From the NCBI GenBank assembly GCA_039028795.1, contig JBCCHJ010000013.1, positions 35,587-99,586 on the forward strand: 64,000 nt of DNA. Reading direction: 5' to 3'. Made by a program: the position numbers and the translations under genes. The DNA is from Pseudomonadota bacterium (lineage in GTDB: Bacteria; Pseudomonadota; Alphaproteobacteria; Rhodobacterales; Rhodobacteraceae). Under the pieces are notes generated by a model that saw nothing but the letters and a program-made list of their open reading frames with translations, did no database searches and was not told the origin of the DNA. Positions 20,209-29,564 of this stretch are shown here, one piece after another (the stretch's first letter is position 1; each line of letters opens with the position of its first letter).

Positions 20209-21345
20209 ATGAGTTTCTTGAAAGATGTTAGGGGCCATCTGAAACGCGGTGCAAAGAACGTAGAAAAGACCGCAAAGAAGGCCAAATCAAAGATCGACAA
20301 AGCGACGGCGCCGATTGATGACTTGGTAGAGGACGCGTTCGAGAAGGCAGTAGATGGCACCAAGACCACTCTACGAGAAACCGGCGATTTCGCTAAAGAT
20401 CGCGCCGAAGGTGTCGGCGATTTCGTTGAAAAGGTTGCCGATAGCAAACCCGTTGAACGCATAAAAGATGCCGGAGAGTTCATCGGCGATGGCCTAAAAG
20501 AAATCGGCGGCAATATCGGAGAGGCCATCGAGCCGATCGCGCGTCCTGTGGGCGATGGCTTCAAAGAACTGGGCATAGAAATTAAACGCTTTGCAGATGA
20601 GGCCGCTGAAAAAGGCATGGCCTTCGTCAAGGACAAGATCGACAACAACCAGGATTTTCAACGCTCGATCGCCGCCATCAAGAATCACGGTAGGATCATC
20701 AATGCGTTGGGGAACACCCACGAATTGATGAAAGACAAAGAGGTCCGCAAAGAAATATTTGGGGATGTCGTCAATCCAATCCGCCGAAACGAAGTTCGCG
20801 GCGTCGATGCGCAACAAAAAATCGACGGCCTGGCAACACATCCTGCGATGGCAGAGTTGATGGAAGCCGGTGAAGACTCGGACTACGACGGTTGGTGCAT
20901 CTCCTTAGGAGGGGTTCTAGATGTGCCGGGCCTAGGTGTCGGCGGCCAAGCTGCAGGCGGTGTGCTTTTAGCCCCGGCTCGGGTCTACGGTGCGCTGAGT
21001 TGGAGCCTGGGGATGGCAGTGGGCATAAACGCAGATGTCCAAATCGGCTTTTGGTTTCGAAAAGTTTAGGCAATGTCCGGCAAGTTCTACTCGATCGAAG
21101 TCGATCTGCATGTGCCGCAAATCGTACTAGGGGGCTTGCCTACTGGCGCCAGCCTTGCTGTCAGCTTCGACACCAAAGATATCTGGGAAATGGGCTTTGC
21201 CAATGTGCCGGGATCCAGTTTCACTGACCCGATCGACACTACGCATGATCACGGTCTCCAGGGGTTTGTGATCAGTGGCGGCGTCGGTGTTGGGGGTGAG
21301 CTGTTCAACCGCGCATCGGGGCACACCTGGGTTACCGGAACTTGA
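20209..21345 (+). CDS. Hypothetical protein interrupted by one in-frame TAG (ORFs 20209-21069 and 21073-21345 share a frame)
   Basis: ...AAA GTT TAG GCA ATG...; amphipathic repeat N-terminus, Gly-rich beta-type C-terminus spanning the stop. Confidence 0.65.
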
Positions 21346-21402
21346 TTTACTTGGACCAGGTCGCCGGGCCTGTACGCGAAAGCCAACCTTGCCTTCGTAT
21401 AT

Positions 21403-21432
21403 ATTTGACCGATCGTTCCAAACTAGTATAGT
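21403..21432 (+). promoter_or_regulatory. Promoter and probable operator of the TetR gene
   Basis: TTGACC-16 nt-TATAGT overlapping the imperfect palindrome TTGACCGATCGTTCCAA; ATG 6 nt after the -10. Confidence 0.7.
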
Positions 21433-21438
21433 CACAGC

Positions 21439-22014
21439 ATGCCCTGGGAAAAAAAATACAATGAACCAGACGTTTTGGACCGCGCTATGCGTGCCTTTTG
21501 GTCACGAGGCTACGAAGCGACATCTATGTCCGACTTGGTCGCTGCGACGGGGATTAATCGTGGCAGCATCTATTCAGCATTTAATGACAAACGCGGGCTA
21601 TTTCTGAAAGCGCTAAAGCATTACGATCGCGCACATAGGGCGGACTTTTTGGACCGTCTGGCGCAAACGCACTCACCACGCGATGCTATCTTGCAAGCTT
21701 TTGCAGCCGCTGCGCAACGCGAATCCGATCATCCGCCTGGGTGTCTCTTGGTCAATACAGCTCTCGAGCTTTCTCCCCACGATCCGGAAGTTGCAGCAAT
21801 GGTTCAAAGTAGCCTTGATCAAGTGAAGCTCTTCTTCTGCGCCATGCTGCGCGCAGCCCGAAGGGCTGGCACGATTCCAGCGGATGTTTCTGTCGAAGAG
21901 AAAGGCGCCGCCTTGCTTAGCCTCTTCTTAGGCCTGCGCGTGATGGCGCGCGCCGGAATGAATGACGAAGGCACCCAGGCTGTCCTTGATCAGGCGGAGG
22001 CGATGTTGGGCTGA
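21439..22014 (+). CDS. TetR/AcrR family regulator (NemR-like)
   Basis: HTH GYEATSMSDLVAATGINRGSIYSAFNDKRGLF; PGCLLVN Cys motif. Confidence 0.93.
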   Translation: MPWEKKYNEPDVLDRAMRAFWSRGYEATSMSDLVAATGINRGSIYSAFNDKRGLFLKALKHYDRAHRADFLDRLAQTHSPRDAILQAFAAAAQRESDHPPGCLLVNTALELSPHDPEVAAMVQSSLDQVKLFFCAMLRAARRAGTIPADVSVEEKGAALLSLFLGLRVMARAGMNDEGTQAVLDQAEAMLG

Positions 22015-22030
22015 AGCCAAAAATTTTTCG

Positions 22031-22054
22031 CTAGTTTGGAACGATCGATCAAAT
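22031..22054. promoter_or_regulatory. Second, inverted copy of the putative TetR operator
   Basis: CTAGTTTGGAACGATCGATCAAAT is the reverse complement of 21403-21426 at 23/24 positions. Confidence 0.75.
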
Positions 22055-22072
22055 AGAAGGGAGAACGAGAAA

Positions 22073-22642
22073 ATGAGCGTATCTTATGTGGAACGGGAAC
22101 AAGCCTCGCCAGAAACCCACGCCTTCTATGACAGGGCAGAGGAGCGGTTTCAGGCACTGTTGAACATCTTCAAGGTTTTCGGGCACCACCCTGAGTATGG
22201 CAACGCCTTCACCGATCTGATCATGGCGATCCTTAAAGATGGCGAAATCGACTGGTTGACGAAAGAGCTGCTTATCCTGAAGGCAACTCAGGGCAACGAT
22301 TGTCAGTACTGCGTAATCCAGCATGAACGCCTTTGCGATATGCTGGGTTTGCCCGCTGAAAAAGTTGCCGACATCGACGGTGTGAAATACCGCACCAGCC
22401 CGCATTTCACACCAGGCGAAGTCGCGCTGTTGGACTTCTGTATCCAAATTGCCGAGGACGCGAACCGGGTGCCTAAAGAGCTCTGGGACCGCCTGCATGA
22501 ACACTGGACGGAACCGCAGATCGTGGACGCGGCGTTCGTGATCACCACCTACATCATGGTCTCGAAATTCGGCGACTGCCTAGGCGTCGAGCTAGAACCG
22601 ATGTTTGACGGCGTGAAACCACAACTGACCATCAACCACTGA
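22073..22642 (+). CDS. Carboxymuconolactone decarboxylase/AhpD-like protein
   Basis: KELLILKATQGNDCQYCVIQH (CxxC-H); GGGAG RBS. Confidence 0.85.
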   Translation: MSVSYVEREQASPETHAFYDRAEERFQALLNIFKVFGHHPEYGNAFTDLIMAILKDGEIDWLTKELLILKATQGNDCQYCVIQHERLCDMLGLPAEKVADIDGVKYRTSPHFTPGEVALLDFCIQIAEDANRVPKELWDRLHEHWTEPQIVDAAFVITTYIMVSKFGDCLGVELEPMFDGVKPQLTINH

Positions 22643-22690
22643 AACGGGAAGTGGCGGCGCGGTGTTCGCTCTCCGCACCGCCGACACGTC

Positions 22691-22945
22691 ATGCCAGAGA
22701 TCGAAATCTTCACCGGCCCGAACTGTGTCTATTGCGCGAAAGCAAAAGCTTTGCTGATCCGGCAGTCATTGGCTTTCAAGGAACGCGATATCAGCGAGGC
22801 CGCGGTGTTTCTGGAAATCCGCACGCGCCTGCCCCGGATCAGATCCATCCCGCAGGTCTTCGTGAACGGAGAACATATCGGCGGCTTTGAAGACCTGGAT
22901 ATCCTGATCAATCGTGGTGACGAACGGCTCCGGGCGGAACCGTGA
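22691..22945 (+). CDS. Glutaredoxin (GrxC-like)
   Basis: CVYC active site, SIPQVFVNGEHIGGFEDL. Confidence 0.9.
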   Translation: MPEIEIFTGPNCVYCAKAKALLIRQSLAFKERDISEAAVFLEIRTRLPRIRSIPQVFVNGEHIGGFEDLDILINRGDERLRAEP

Positions 22946-23013
22946 TTGCGTGAGTTGATTGGCAGGCGTCGCTCGTCCATTCTCCCGCGACCGAATCCTG
23001 GCGGGAGAATCTG

Positions 23014-23709
23014 ATGCCCATTACAACTTGCGTCTTTGATGCGTATGGCACCCTGTTCGACGTGGCTGCCGCTGCGCGCGAGGCCGCGGCCGAACCCGGG
23101 CGCGAGGCCTTCGCCGAACATTGGCCCGCCATCGCCAAGACCTGGCGGCTGAAGCAGCTGCAATACACCTGGCTGCGGGCGACGGCGGGTGTGCATCAGG
23201 ACTTCTGGACCGTCACGCAGAACGGCCTGGACTACGCCATGGAGGAGATCGGCCTGAACGACCCAGACCTGCGCGCCCGATTACTGCAATTGTATTGGGA
23301 GCTTTCGGCATACCCTGAAGTCCCCCAAATGCTCTCAGATCTAAAGGCTCAGGGCATGAACACGGCAATCCTGTCCAACGGTACGCCGGATATGTTGGAG
23401 GGCGCAGTCAGCGCAGCTGGGATTGGCGACGTCTTGGATGCGTGCTTGTCCGTACAATCTCTGGGCGTCTTCAAACCCAATCGCGCAGTTTATGGCCTGG
23501 TGAATGAGTACTTTGGCTGCGCATCGAACGAGGTATTGTTCATGTCGTCCAATTGTTGGGATGCCTGTGCCGCCGCAGGATACGGGTTCACCGCCGTCTG
23601 GGCTAACCGGGCCGGTGAGCCGATGGATCGCCTGCCTTGGACGCCAGACCACGTGGTCAGCGACCTGACCGGCATCACCGCCTTGGCCCAAGGGTCCTCA
23701 GCAGGATGA
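23014..23709 (+). CDS. Haloacid dehalogenase type II
   Basis: FDAYGTLFDV, WRLKQLQYTW, ILSNG, FKP, SSNCWD. Confidence 0.93.
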   Translation: MPITTCVFDAYGTLFDVAAAAREAAAEPGREAFAEHWPAIAKTWRLKQLQYTWLRATAGVHQDFWTVTQNGLDYAMEEIGLNDPDLRARLLQLYWELSAYPEVPQMLSDLKAQGMNTAILSNGTPDMLEGAVSAAGIGDVLDACLSVQSLGVFKPNRAVYGLVNEYFGCASNEVLFMSSNCWDACAAAGYGFTAVWANRAGEPMDRLPWTPDHVVSDLTGITALAQGSSAG

Positions 23710-24698
23710 GTGAGGCTATCTCGATCGCCGACATCCTGGCTGCCCAGGCGCGGCTGGAGGGCGTTGCTCGCGTCACGCCGATGCTGGAAAGCCCGTTCCT
23801 GAACGAACTGGCGGGACGCAGGGTGTTGATAAAAGCTGAATGCCTACAACGCACGGGCTCTTTCAAATTTCGGGGTGGCTGGTCCGCCGTTTCGGCCTTG
23901 ACCGATGATGCCCGCAAGGCGGGTGTGATCGCATATTCATCCGGCAACCATGCCCAGGGTGTGGCCCATGCCGCGGAGCTGCACGGTGTCCCCGCTGTGA
24001 TCGTGATGCCGAACGATGCGCCTGCACTAAAGCTCGCCAACACACGGGATCATGGCGCCGAAGTTGTACTCTATGACCGGCCCGGCGGCGAAAGCCGCGA
24101 AGATGTGGGACAAGCCTTGGCGGCCCAACGTGGTCTGACGCTGATCAAGCCTTATGATGAGCCCATGGTGATTGCAGGCCAAGGCACTTGCGGATTGGAG
24201 ATCGCCGATCAAGCCCGCGAAATGGGCGTGGAAGAGGCAGACGTGTTGGTCTGCTGCGGTGGGGGTGGCCTGACCTCAGGCATTGCGCTGGCGTTGGAAT
24301 CCGAGGCCCCGGGCCTTCGGGTGCGCCCGGTCGAACCAGCAAAATCAGACGATGTGAAACGGTCTTTGGAAGCTGGGTCCAGACAATCCAATGAAGGGCC
24401 CATTACCTCGATTTGCGATGCCATCGTCACACCGTCTCCAGGAGAGTTGACGTTCCCGATCCTCCACCGGCTGTGTGGCCCCGGGCTGGCTGTCGCCGAT
24501 GAAGAAGCGCTGATGGCCGTGGCGCAGATTTTCCTGCGCCTGAAGGTCGTGGCCGAACCCGGCGGTGCAGTTGCTGTGGCCGCGGCGCTGTTCCACAAAG
24601 ACAACGTCGAGGGTGATACTGTGATCTGCACGATCTCTGGTGGCAACACCGACCCTGCCATGTTCGCACGCGCATTGGCCACTTTGGAGAGCAACTGA
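23706..24698 (+). CDS. PLP-dependent threonine/serine dehydratase family protein
   Basis: LQRTGSFKFRG, SSGNHAQG, CCGGGGL, EPGGAVA, SGGN. Confidence 0.92.
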   Translation: MSEAISIADILAAQARLEGVARVTPMLESPFLNELAGRRVLIKAECLQRTGSFKFRGGWSAVSALTDDARKAGVIAYSSGNHAQGVAHAAELHGVPAVIVMPNDAPALKLANTRDHGAEVVLYDRPGGESREDVGQALAAQRGLTLIKPYDEPMVIAGQGTCGLEIADQAREMGVEEADVLVCCGGGGLTSGIALALESEAPGLRVRPVEPAKSDDVKRSLEAGSRQSNEGPITSICDAIVTPSPGELTFPILHRLCGPGLAVADEEALMAVAQIFLRLKVVAEPGGAVAVAAALFHKDNVEGDTVICTISGGNTDPAMFARALATLESN

Positions 24699-25894
24699 TG
24701 GGTTTCACCATCGCCACCTTCAACGTCAAAAACCTAATCGGGCCAGATAAGGTCTACTATCCATTCGAGTATTTGACCCCTGAAGCCTATGCCTGGAAAA
24801 CGGATTGGCTGTCAGATCAACTCTTGCAGATGGACGCCGATGTTGTCGGATTTCAAGAGATCTTCGAAGAACACGCTTTGGTCGATGTGATCCAGGACTG
24901 CGATGAAAAGGGTCGCGAGATCAACGAGATGTCGCAGCCTGGCCCGAAGAAGAAATACCGAAAGCGGGCGATCTACCGGAACTTGAAATACACCGAGTAC
25001 GGGCCCGAGTTGTCCCTGGCTTATGCGCCAAACATGCATAGCCAGGAAGAGGATGGGAAAAGGAGGCCTGGAGTGGCGATCCTGTCCCGCCATCCGATCC
25101 TTGAAAGTCAGGTGGTGCAGGATCTGACCGACGACCCGATCCGCACAGAGTTCGCGCAACTCGGCGGCGGCAAGGCGGGCGATTGGCAACTCAACGCGTT
25201 GTCCCGTCCGATCCTGCGGGCGGTTGTGAAAGTTCGGGACCACGAGATTGCAGTTCTGAACACCCATCTGAAGTCTAAGCTGGGCGAATTACACGCCGAC
25301 GACGATGGAACGCGCCCAGGTGAAGATCTGCTGGATTACAACCCGATGGCCAGGGCCATGGGTTCGATGCGGTCGACTCTGCGCCGAATGGGCGAGGCCC
25401 TGGTGTTGCGCCGGTTGATCCTGGCGGATCTGGACGCGGGACGCCCGGTTATCGTGCTGGGCGATATGAACGACTCGGTGAACTCCGTGTCCTCTGAAAT
25501 CATCAGCGGGGAACGTCCCTTCAAAAATTATTCCTGGATGCGCCGCCATGATGCTCGGCATGAAAATGACAGGTACTCGGATGAAGAGAACGAGACCATT
25601 CAGGCCAGTGTCAGCAGCAACATGCTGGAAAGCGCCGAGCGTCTGTTCGTGCAGCGTGCCCAACGTGATATGGTCTACACGGCAGCTTTCAACGGGGTCT
25701 ACGAGAGCATCGACCTGATCTTGCTGTCCCGCCATTTCCAGGAAGGGCATCCCGATCAGATCGGACGGCTGGAGTACCTGCAATGCCTCAACGATCACCT
25801 GACTGACGGATCGTTCGAAGAGGCCCCCTATAACAAGCTTGCCTCGGACCATGGGCAGTTGGTCGCGACAATCAGTTGGGTAAAACCTGGCTAA
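24698..25894 (+). CDS. Endonuclease/exonuclease/phosphatase family protein
   Basis: IATFNVKNL, GFQE, NTHLKSK, LGDMND, IDLIL, SDHG. Confidence 0.88.
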   Translation: MGFTIATFNVKNLIGPDKVYYPFEYLTPEAYAWKTDWLSDQLLQMDADVVGFQEIFEEHALVDVIQDCDEKGREINEMSQPGPKKKYRKRAIYRNLKYTEYGPELSLAYAPNMHSQEEDGKRRPGVAILSRHPILESQVVQDLTDDPIRTEFAQLGGGKAGDWQLNALSRPILRAVVKVRDHEIAVLNTHLKSKLGELHADDDGTRPGEDLLDYNPMARAMGSMRSTLRRMGEALVLRRLILADLDAGRPVIVLGDMNDSVNSVSSEIISGERPFKNYSWMRRHDARHENDRYSDEENETIQASVSSNMLESAERLFVQRAQRDMVYTAAFNGVYESIDLILLSRHFQEGHPDQIGRLEYLQCLNDHLTDGSFEEAPYNKLASDHGQLVATISWVKPG

Positions 25895-26328
25895 CTCGTC
25901 GCTTCGTCCTTTACCGGCCCGTGGAAGATCATCTTCCAGGCACCGTCTTCTTGATGAAAGACGTTGATCATTGGGATTGTGCCCGGGTTCAATTGTTCCA
26001 GACATCGCACCAGGGCCTTGCCATCGGCGAATTCGACACTTTGGACATCGCAATGGATGTTCGGCGGGTACTGCATGAGGTTCCACCATGTGTTCATCAC
26101 ATGAATTCGACCCTCGGCCGCCCAGCCCGAAGGATGCACGACCGATATTGGTTCTTGGTGACCCCACACAATCTCCATTCCAGGTCGGTCGGCTTCTCGA
26201 AATGCGCGGTAGAATTCCGTGTTGACCGCGAGCACGGCCTCTCGATCACCCAGGCTTTGCGCAGGCGCGACCGCCGGTAGAAGCAGTGTCAACGCAAGGA
26301 AGATTCTTACAAAGACTTGAGCCAGCAT
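25891..26328 (-). CDS. Exported NTF2/SnoaL-like protein
   Basis: Signal peptide; VLAVNTEFYRAF, C-terminal GAWKMIFH. Confidence 0.75.
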   Translation of the reverse strand: MLAQVFVRIFLALTLLLPAVAPAQSLGDREAVLAVNTEFYRAFREADRPGMEIVWGHQEPISVVHPSGWAAEGRIHVMNTWWNLMQYPPNIHCDVQSVEFADGKALVRCLEQLNPGTIPMINVFHQEDGAWKMIFHGPVKDEATS

Positions 26329-26506
26329 CCCGGACCTCCATCACATCAAAGCGTCTCAATGACTGAACGGTTACGCAACACTGGGCTCTGCACGATTTCG
26401 CGATCCGGATTGGCGGAAAGGTAACAAGCCGCCAGTCGAAACGATTTGCTATGGCTCCCTTGCTGCGCCAAGCTCTGCAGGAAGCTAGCCAAATGTAAGC
26501 CAGATC

Positions 26507-28540
26507 ATGTCGAACGACCCCTTGCTGCAACCCTATCAGCTGAAACATCTGACGCTGAAGAACCGCATCATGTCCACAGCGCACGAGCCTTCATACTCTG
26601 AAGATGGAATGCCAAAAGACCGCTACCGGCTCTACCACCTGGAGAAAGCCAAAGGGGGCATCGCCATGACCATGACGGCGGGTTCGGCCATCGTGGCCGA
26701 GGACAGCCCCGCCGCGTTCGGCAACCTTCAGGCCTATAAAGACGAAATTGTGCCATGGCTAAAGCGGCTGACCGATGACTGCCACGAAGAAGGCTGCGCA
26801 GTCATGATCCAGCTGACCCATTTGGGCCGACGAACGAACTGGAACAAAGCGGATTGGCTGCCGGTTGTGTCGGCCTCGCGGGTCCGCGAACCTGCACATA
26901 GGGCCTTCCCGAAAGAAGCTGAAGACTGGGACATCGCCCGCGTCGTATCCCGTTATGCTGATGCGGCGGAGCGCATGGCTGCGGCCGGGTTGGATGGTAT
27001 CGAGCTGGAATGCTATGGCCATATAATCGACGGCTTTTGGTCGCCGATCACTAATACCCGTAATGATGAGTATGGCGGATCATTGGACAACCGGTTGCGG
27101 TTTTCGCGTGAGATCCTAACGGCAATCCGCGACCGCGTGGGGCCCGACTTCATCGTTGGTCTACGTATGGTGGCCAATGAAAATCAGCCTGGTGGGATCG
27201 ATGCCGCCGAGGGCTTAGAGATAGCCCGGCACATGGTTGCGACAGGCCACATAGACTTTCTGAACATCATCAAGGGCATGGTCGACAGTGACAATCACCT
27301 GATCGACGTGATCCCGGTGCAGGGCATGCGGTCATCGCCCATGCTGGACTTCGCCGGCAACGTCCGCGCCCAAACCAAGTTTCCGGTCTTCAACGCCGCT
27401 AAGATCTCTGATGTTGCCACCGCCCGCCATGCCATCGAAAGCGGTAAGCTGGACATGGTGGGGATGACGCGGGCCCATATCGCCGACCCGCATATCGTCC
27501 GTAAGATCATTGAACATCGCGAGGACACGATCCGCCCCTGCGTTGGCGCCACCTATTGCCTAGGCCGGATCTACGAGGGCGGCGCAGCTTTGTGCATCCA
27601 CAACGCCGCGACAGGGCGCGAGGCATTCATGCCTCATGCGGTTGCCAAGGCCCAGGATCGTAAGAAGATCGTCGTGGTCGGTGCGGGGCCTGGGGGTTTG
27701 GAAGCGGCCCGCGTCGCCGCCGAACGCGGCCACGAAGTGGTGATATTCGAAGCCCAGGATCAGCCCGGCGGCCAAGTCCGGCTGATCACCCGCACCAGAC
27801 GGCGATCCGACATGATCGGCATCATCGACTGGCGGATCGCGGAACTCGAGCGGCTCGGCGTGGACATCCGGTACAACAGCTACGCTGATAAAGAGGACGT
27901 GCTGGCCGAAGACCCCGATATTGTGGTCATCGCCACGGGCGGCATTCCGGACACCGAGATTTGCGAGGGCGCGGACTTGGCGGTCTCGACCTGGGAAATT
28001 CTGTCCGGCGACGTCAAACCTGGTGGCGACGTGCTGGTCTTTGACGATCACGGCATGGCCCAGGGTTTGCAAGCGGTCGAGGTTTTGTCCACAGCGGGCG
28101 CAAGGGTTGAGGCCGTGACGCCTGAGCGGTCCCTGGGTGTGGATGTTGACGGCATGAATCACGCAGCTTTCCAACGGATCTTCGCCGAAAATGACGTGCG
28201 CATCACCGTCAGCACAAAACTCCAATCCGTGGCGCGGCAGGGCAACCGGCTGCTGGCGACTCTTGGTACTGATTTCGCTGACCGCACCTGGTCCCGCGAA
28301 GTCGATCAAGTTGTCATCGAACACGCCACCCTGCCCGCGGAGGAACTTTACTTTGATCTTAAGCCACTTTCCCAAAACTTCGGAGAAGTGGACCAGCGTG
28401 CGCTGATCGATGGCACGCCGCAAACTATAGCCAGCAACCCTGATGGAACGTTCCAACTGTTCCGCATTGGCGACGCCGTGGCCAGCCGCAACATCCACGC
28501 AGCGATCTATGACGGGCTGCGTTATGCGAAGGACTTCTGA
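26507..28540 (+). CDS. stcD: NADH:flavin oxidoreductase, N-methylproline demethylase (StcD/HpbA)-like
   Basis: MSNDPLLQPYQLKHLTLKNR, QLTHLGRR, RPCVGATYC..CIHN Fe-S motif, GAGPGG, RIGDAVASRNIHAAIYD; family recognised from recall. Confidence 0.75.
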   Translation: MSNDPLLQPYQLKHLTLKNRIMSTAHEPSYSEDGMPKDRYRLYHLEKAKGGIAMTMTAGSAIVAEDSPAAFGNLQAYKDEIVPWLKRLTDDCHEEGCAVMIQLTHLGRRTNWNKADWLPVVSASRVREPAHRAFPKEAEDWDIARVVSRYADAAERMAAAGLDGIELECYGHIIDGFWSPITNTRNDEYGGSLDNRLRFSREILTAIRDRVGPDFIVGLRMVANENQPGGIDAAEGLEIARHMVATGHIDFLNIIKGMVDSDNHLIDVIPVQGMRSSPMLDFAGNVRAQTKFPVFNAAKISDVATARHAIESGKLDMVGMTRAHIADPHIVRKIIEHREDTIRPCVGATYCLGRIYEGGAALCIHNAATGREAFMPHAVAKAQDRKKIVVVGAGPGGLEAARVAAERGHEVVIFEAQDQPGGQVRLITRTRRRSDMIGIIDWRIAELERLGVDIRYNSYADKEDVLAEDPDIVVIATGGIPDTEICEGADLAVSTWEILSGDVKPGGDVLVFDDHGMAQGLQAVEVLSTAGARVEAVTPERSLGVDVDGMNHAAFQRIFAENDVRITVSTKLQSVARQGNRLLATLGTDFADRTWSREVDQVVIEHATLPAEELYFDLKPLSQNFGEVDQRALIDGTPQTIASNPDGTFQLFRIGDAVASRNIHAAIYDGLRYAKDF

Positions 28541-29562
28541 TGGCTGACGACCGTGTCATCGTGATGGGCAGTCCGCCCTCGCCTTATACCCGAAAGATGC
28601 TGGCGGTGCTGCGGTATCGGCATATCCCATACAGCTTCATCTCCCGGAAAGATGCGCAAGATCGAGGACTGCCAGCGGCCCGGGTGCCGCTGTTGCCGAC
28701 ACTGTATTTCCCAGAGAACCCAGAGAGCCCTGTCACTGACACCAGCCCGATCATCCGGCAGTTGGAGGGTGACCTTCCCGGTCGCTCGATTATCCCGGAC
28801 GATCCAGTTCTGGCTCTGATCGATATGCTGTTGGAAGACTATGGCGATGAATGGCTGACAAAAGCGATGTTCCATTACCGCTGGGTGCGTCAGGCGGACA
28901 TCGACCGGTCGACGACGATGCTGCCACTCTGGTTCGACCGGATCCGGCCGGACACCGAAATCCACAAAGCCGGCGAAGCTTTCGCCAAGCGGCAGATCAG
29001 CCGCCTGGATGTCGTTGGCTCTAATGCCCAGACCGGTCCGCTGATCGAACAAAGCTATGAGCGCTTACTCGGCCTATTGGATACGCATCTCACGGATCAC
29101 CCGTTCCTGTTGGGCAGCCGCCCTGGCGCTGGCGATTTCGCGATCTTCGGGCAATTGACCCAGCTGGCGGGGTTTGACCCGACGCCAATGGAACTGACTT
29201 TCGCCACAGCACCGCGTGTCCATGCATGGATGACGGCGGTAGAGGACCTCACCGGCGTGGAACCCAAGGCCTATGATTGGGTCGATGCTGAAGCCCTGCC
29301 CGACACATTGATCGCCATCCTTGCCGAAATCGGACGGACCTACGTGCCTGTGATGCTGGCCAATGCCCAGGCCGTGGCCGATGACGATCAGACCGTTGAC
29401 GCAACCGTCAATGGCACGCCCTGGCGGCAACGAACCTTTCCCTATCAGGCGAAATGCGTTCGCTGGCTGCGCGAGGCATTTGCTCTACTATCCGCAGAAG
29501 ACCAAGACCGGTTGCAGCCCATATTAACTGGAACCGGTTGTGCTCAGTTGTTCCAACCATAG
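28540..29562 (+). CDS. Glutathione S-transferase N-terminal domain protein
   Basis: GSPPSPYTRKM, DTSPII, EDYGDEWLTKAMFHYRW, GDFAIFGQL. Confidence 0.8.
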   Translation: MADDRVIVMGSPPSPYTRKMLAVLRYRHIPYSFISRKDAQDRGLPAARVPLLPTLYFPENPESPVTDTSPIIRQLEGDLPGRSIIPDDPVLALIDMLLEDYGDEWLTKAMFHYRWVRQADIDRSTTMLPLWFDRIRPDTEIHKAGEAFAKRQISRLDVVGSNAQTGPLIEQSYERLLGLLDTHLTDHPFLLGSRPGAGDFAIFGQLTQLAGFDPTPMELTFATAPRVHAWMTAVEDLTGVEPKAYDWVDAEALPDTLIAILAEIGRTYVPVMLANAQAVADDDQTVDATVNGTPWRQRTFPYQAKCVRWLREAFALLSAEDQDRLQPILTGTGCAQLFQP

Positions 29563-29564
29563 GT

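Noticed and set aside
21067-21069. Pyrrolysine decoding of the in-frame TAG
   Set aside because: No pyl genes or methylamine methyltransferase context in the window, and not expected in this lineage
25289-26167. Numerous long antisense or alternate-frame ORFs (for example 25289-26167, 27560-28498, 42438-43313, 46947-47699)
   Set aside because: Shadow ORFs expected in high-GC DNA opposite well-supported genes
26385-26450. Hairpin TGGCGG...CCGCCA upstream of the stcD-like gene as a possible riboswitch
   Set aside because: It matches no riboswitch consensus I recognise, and a single stem is insufficient evidence
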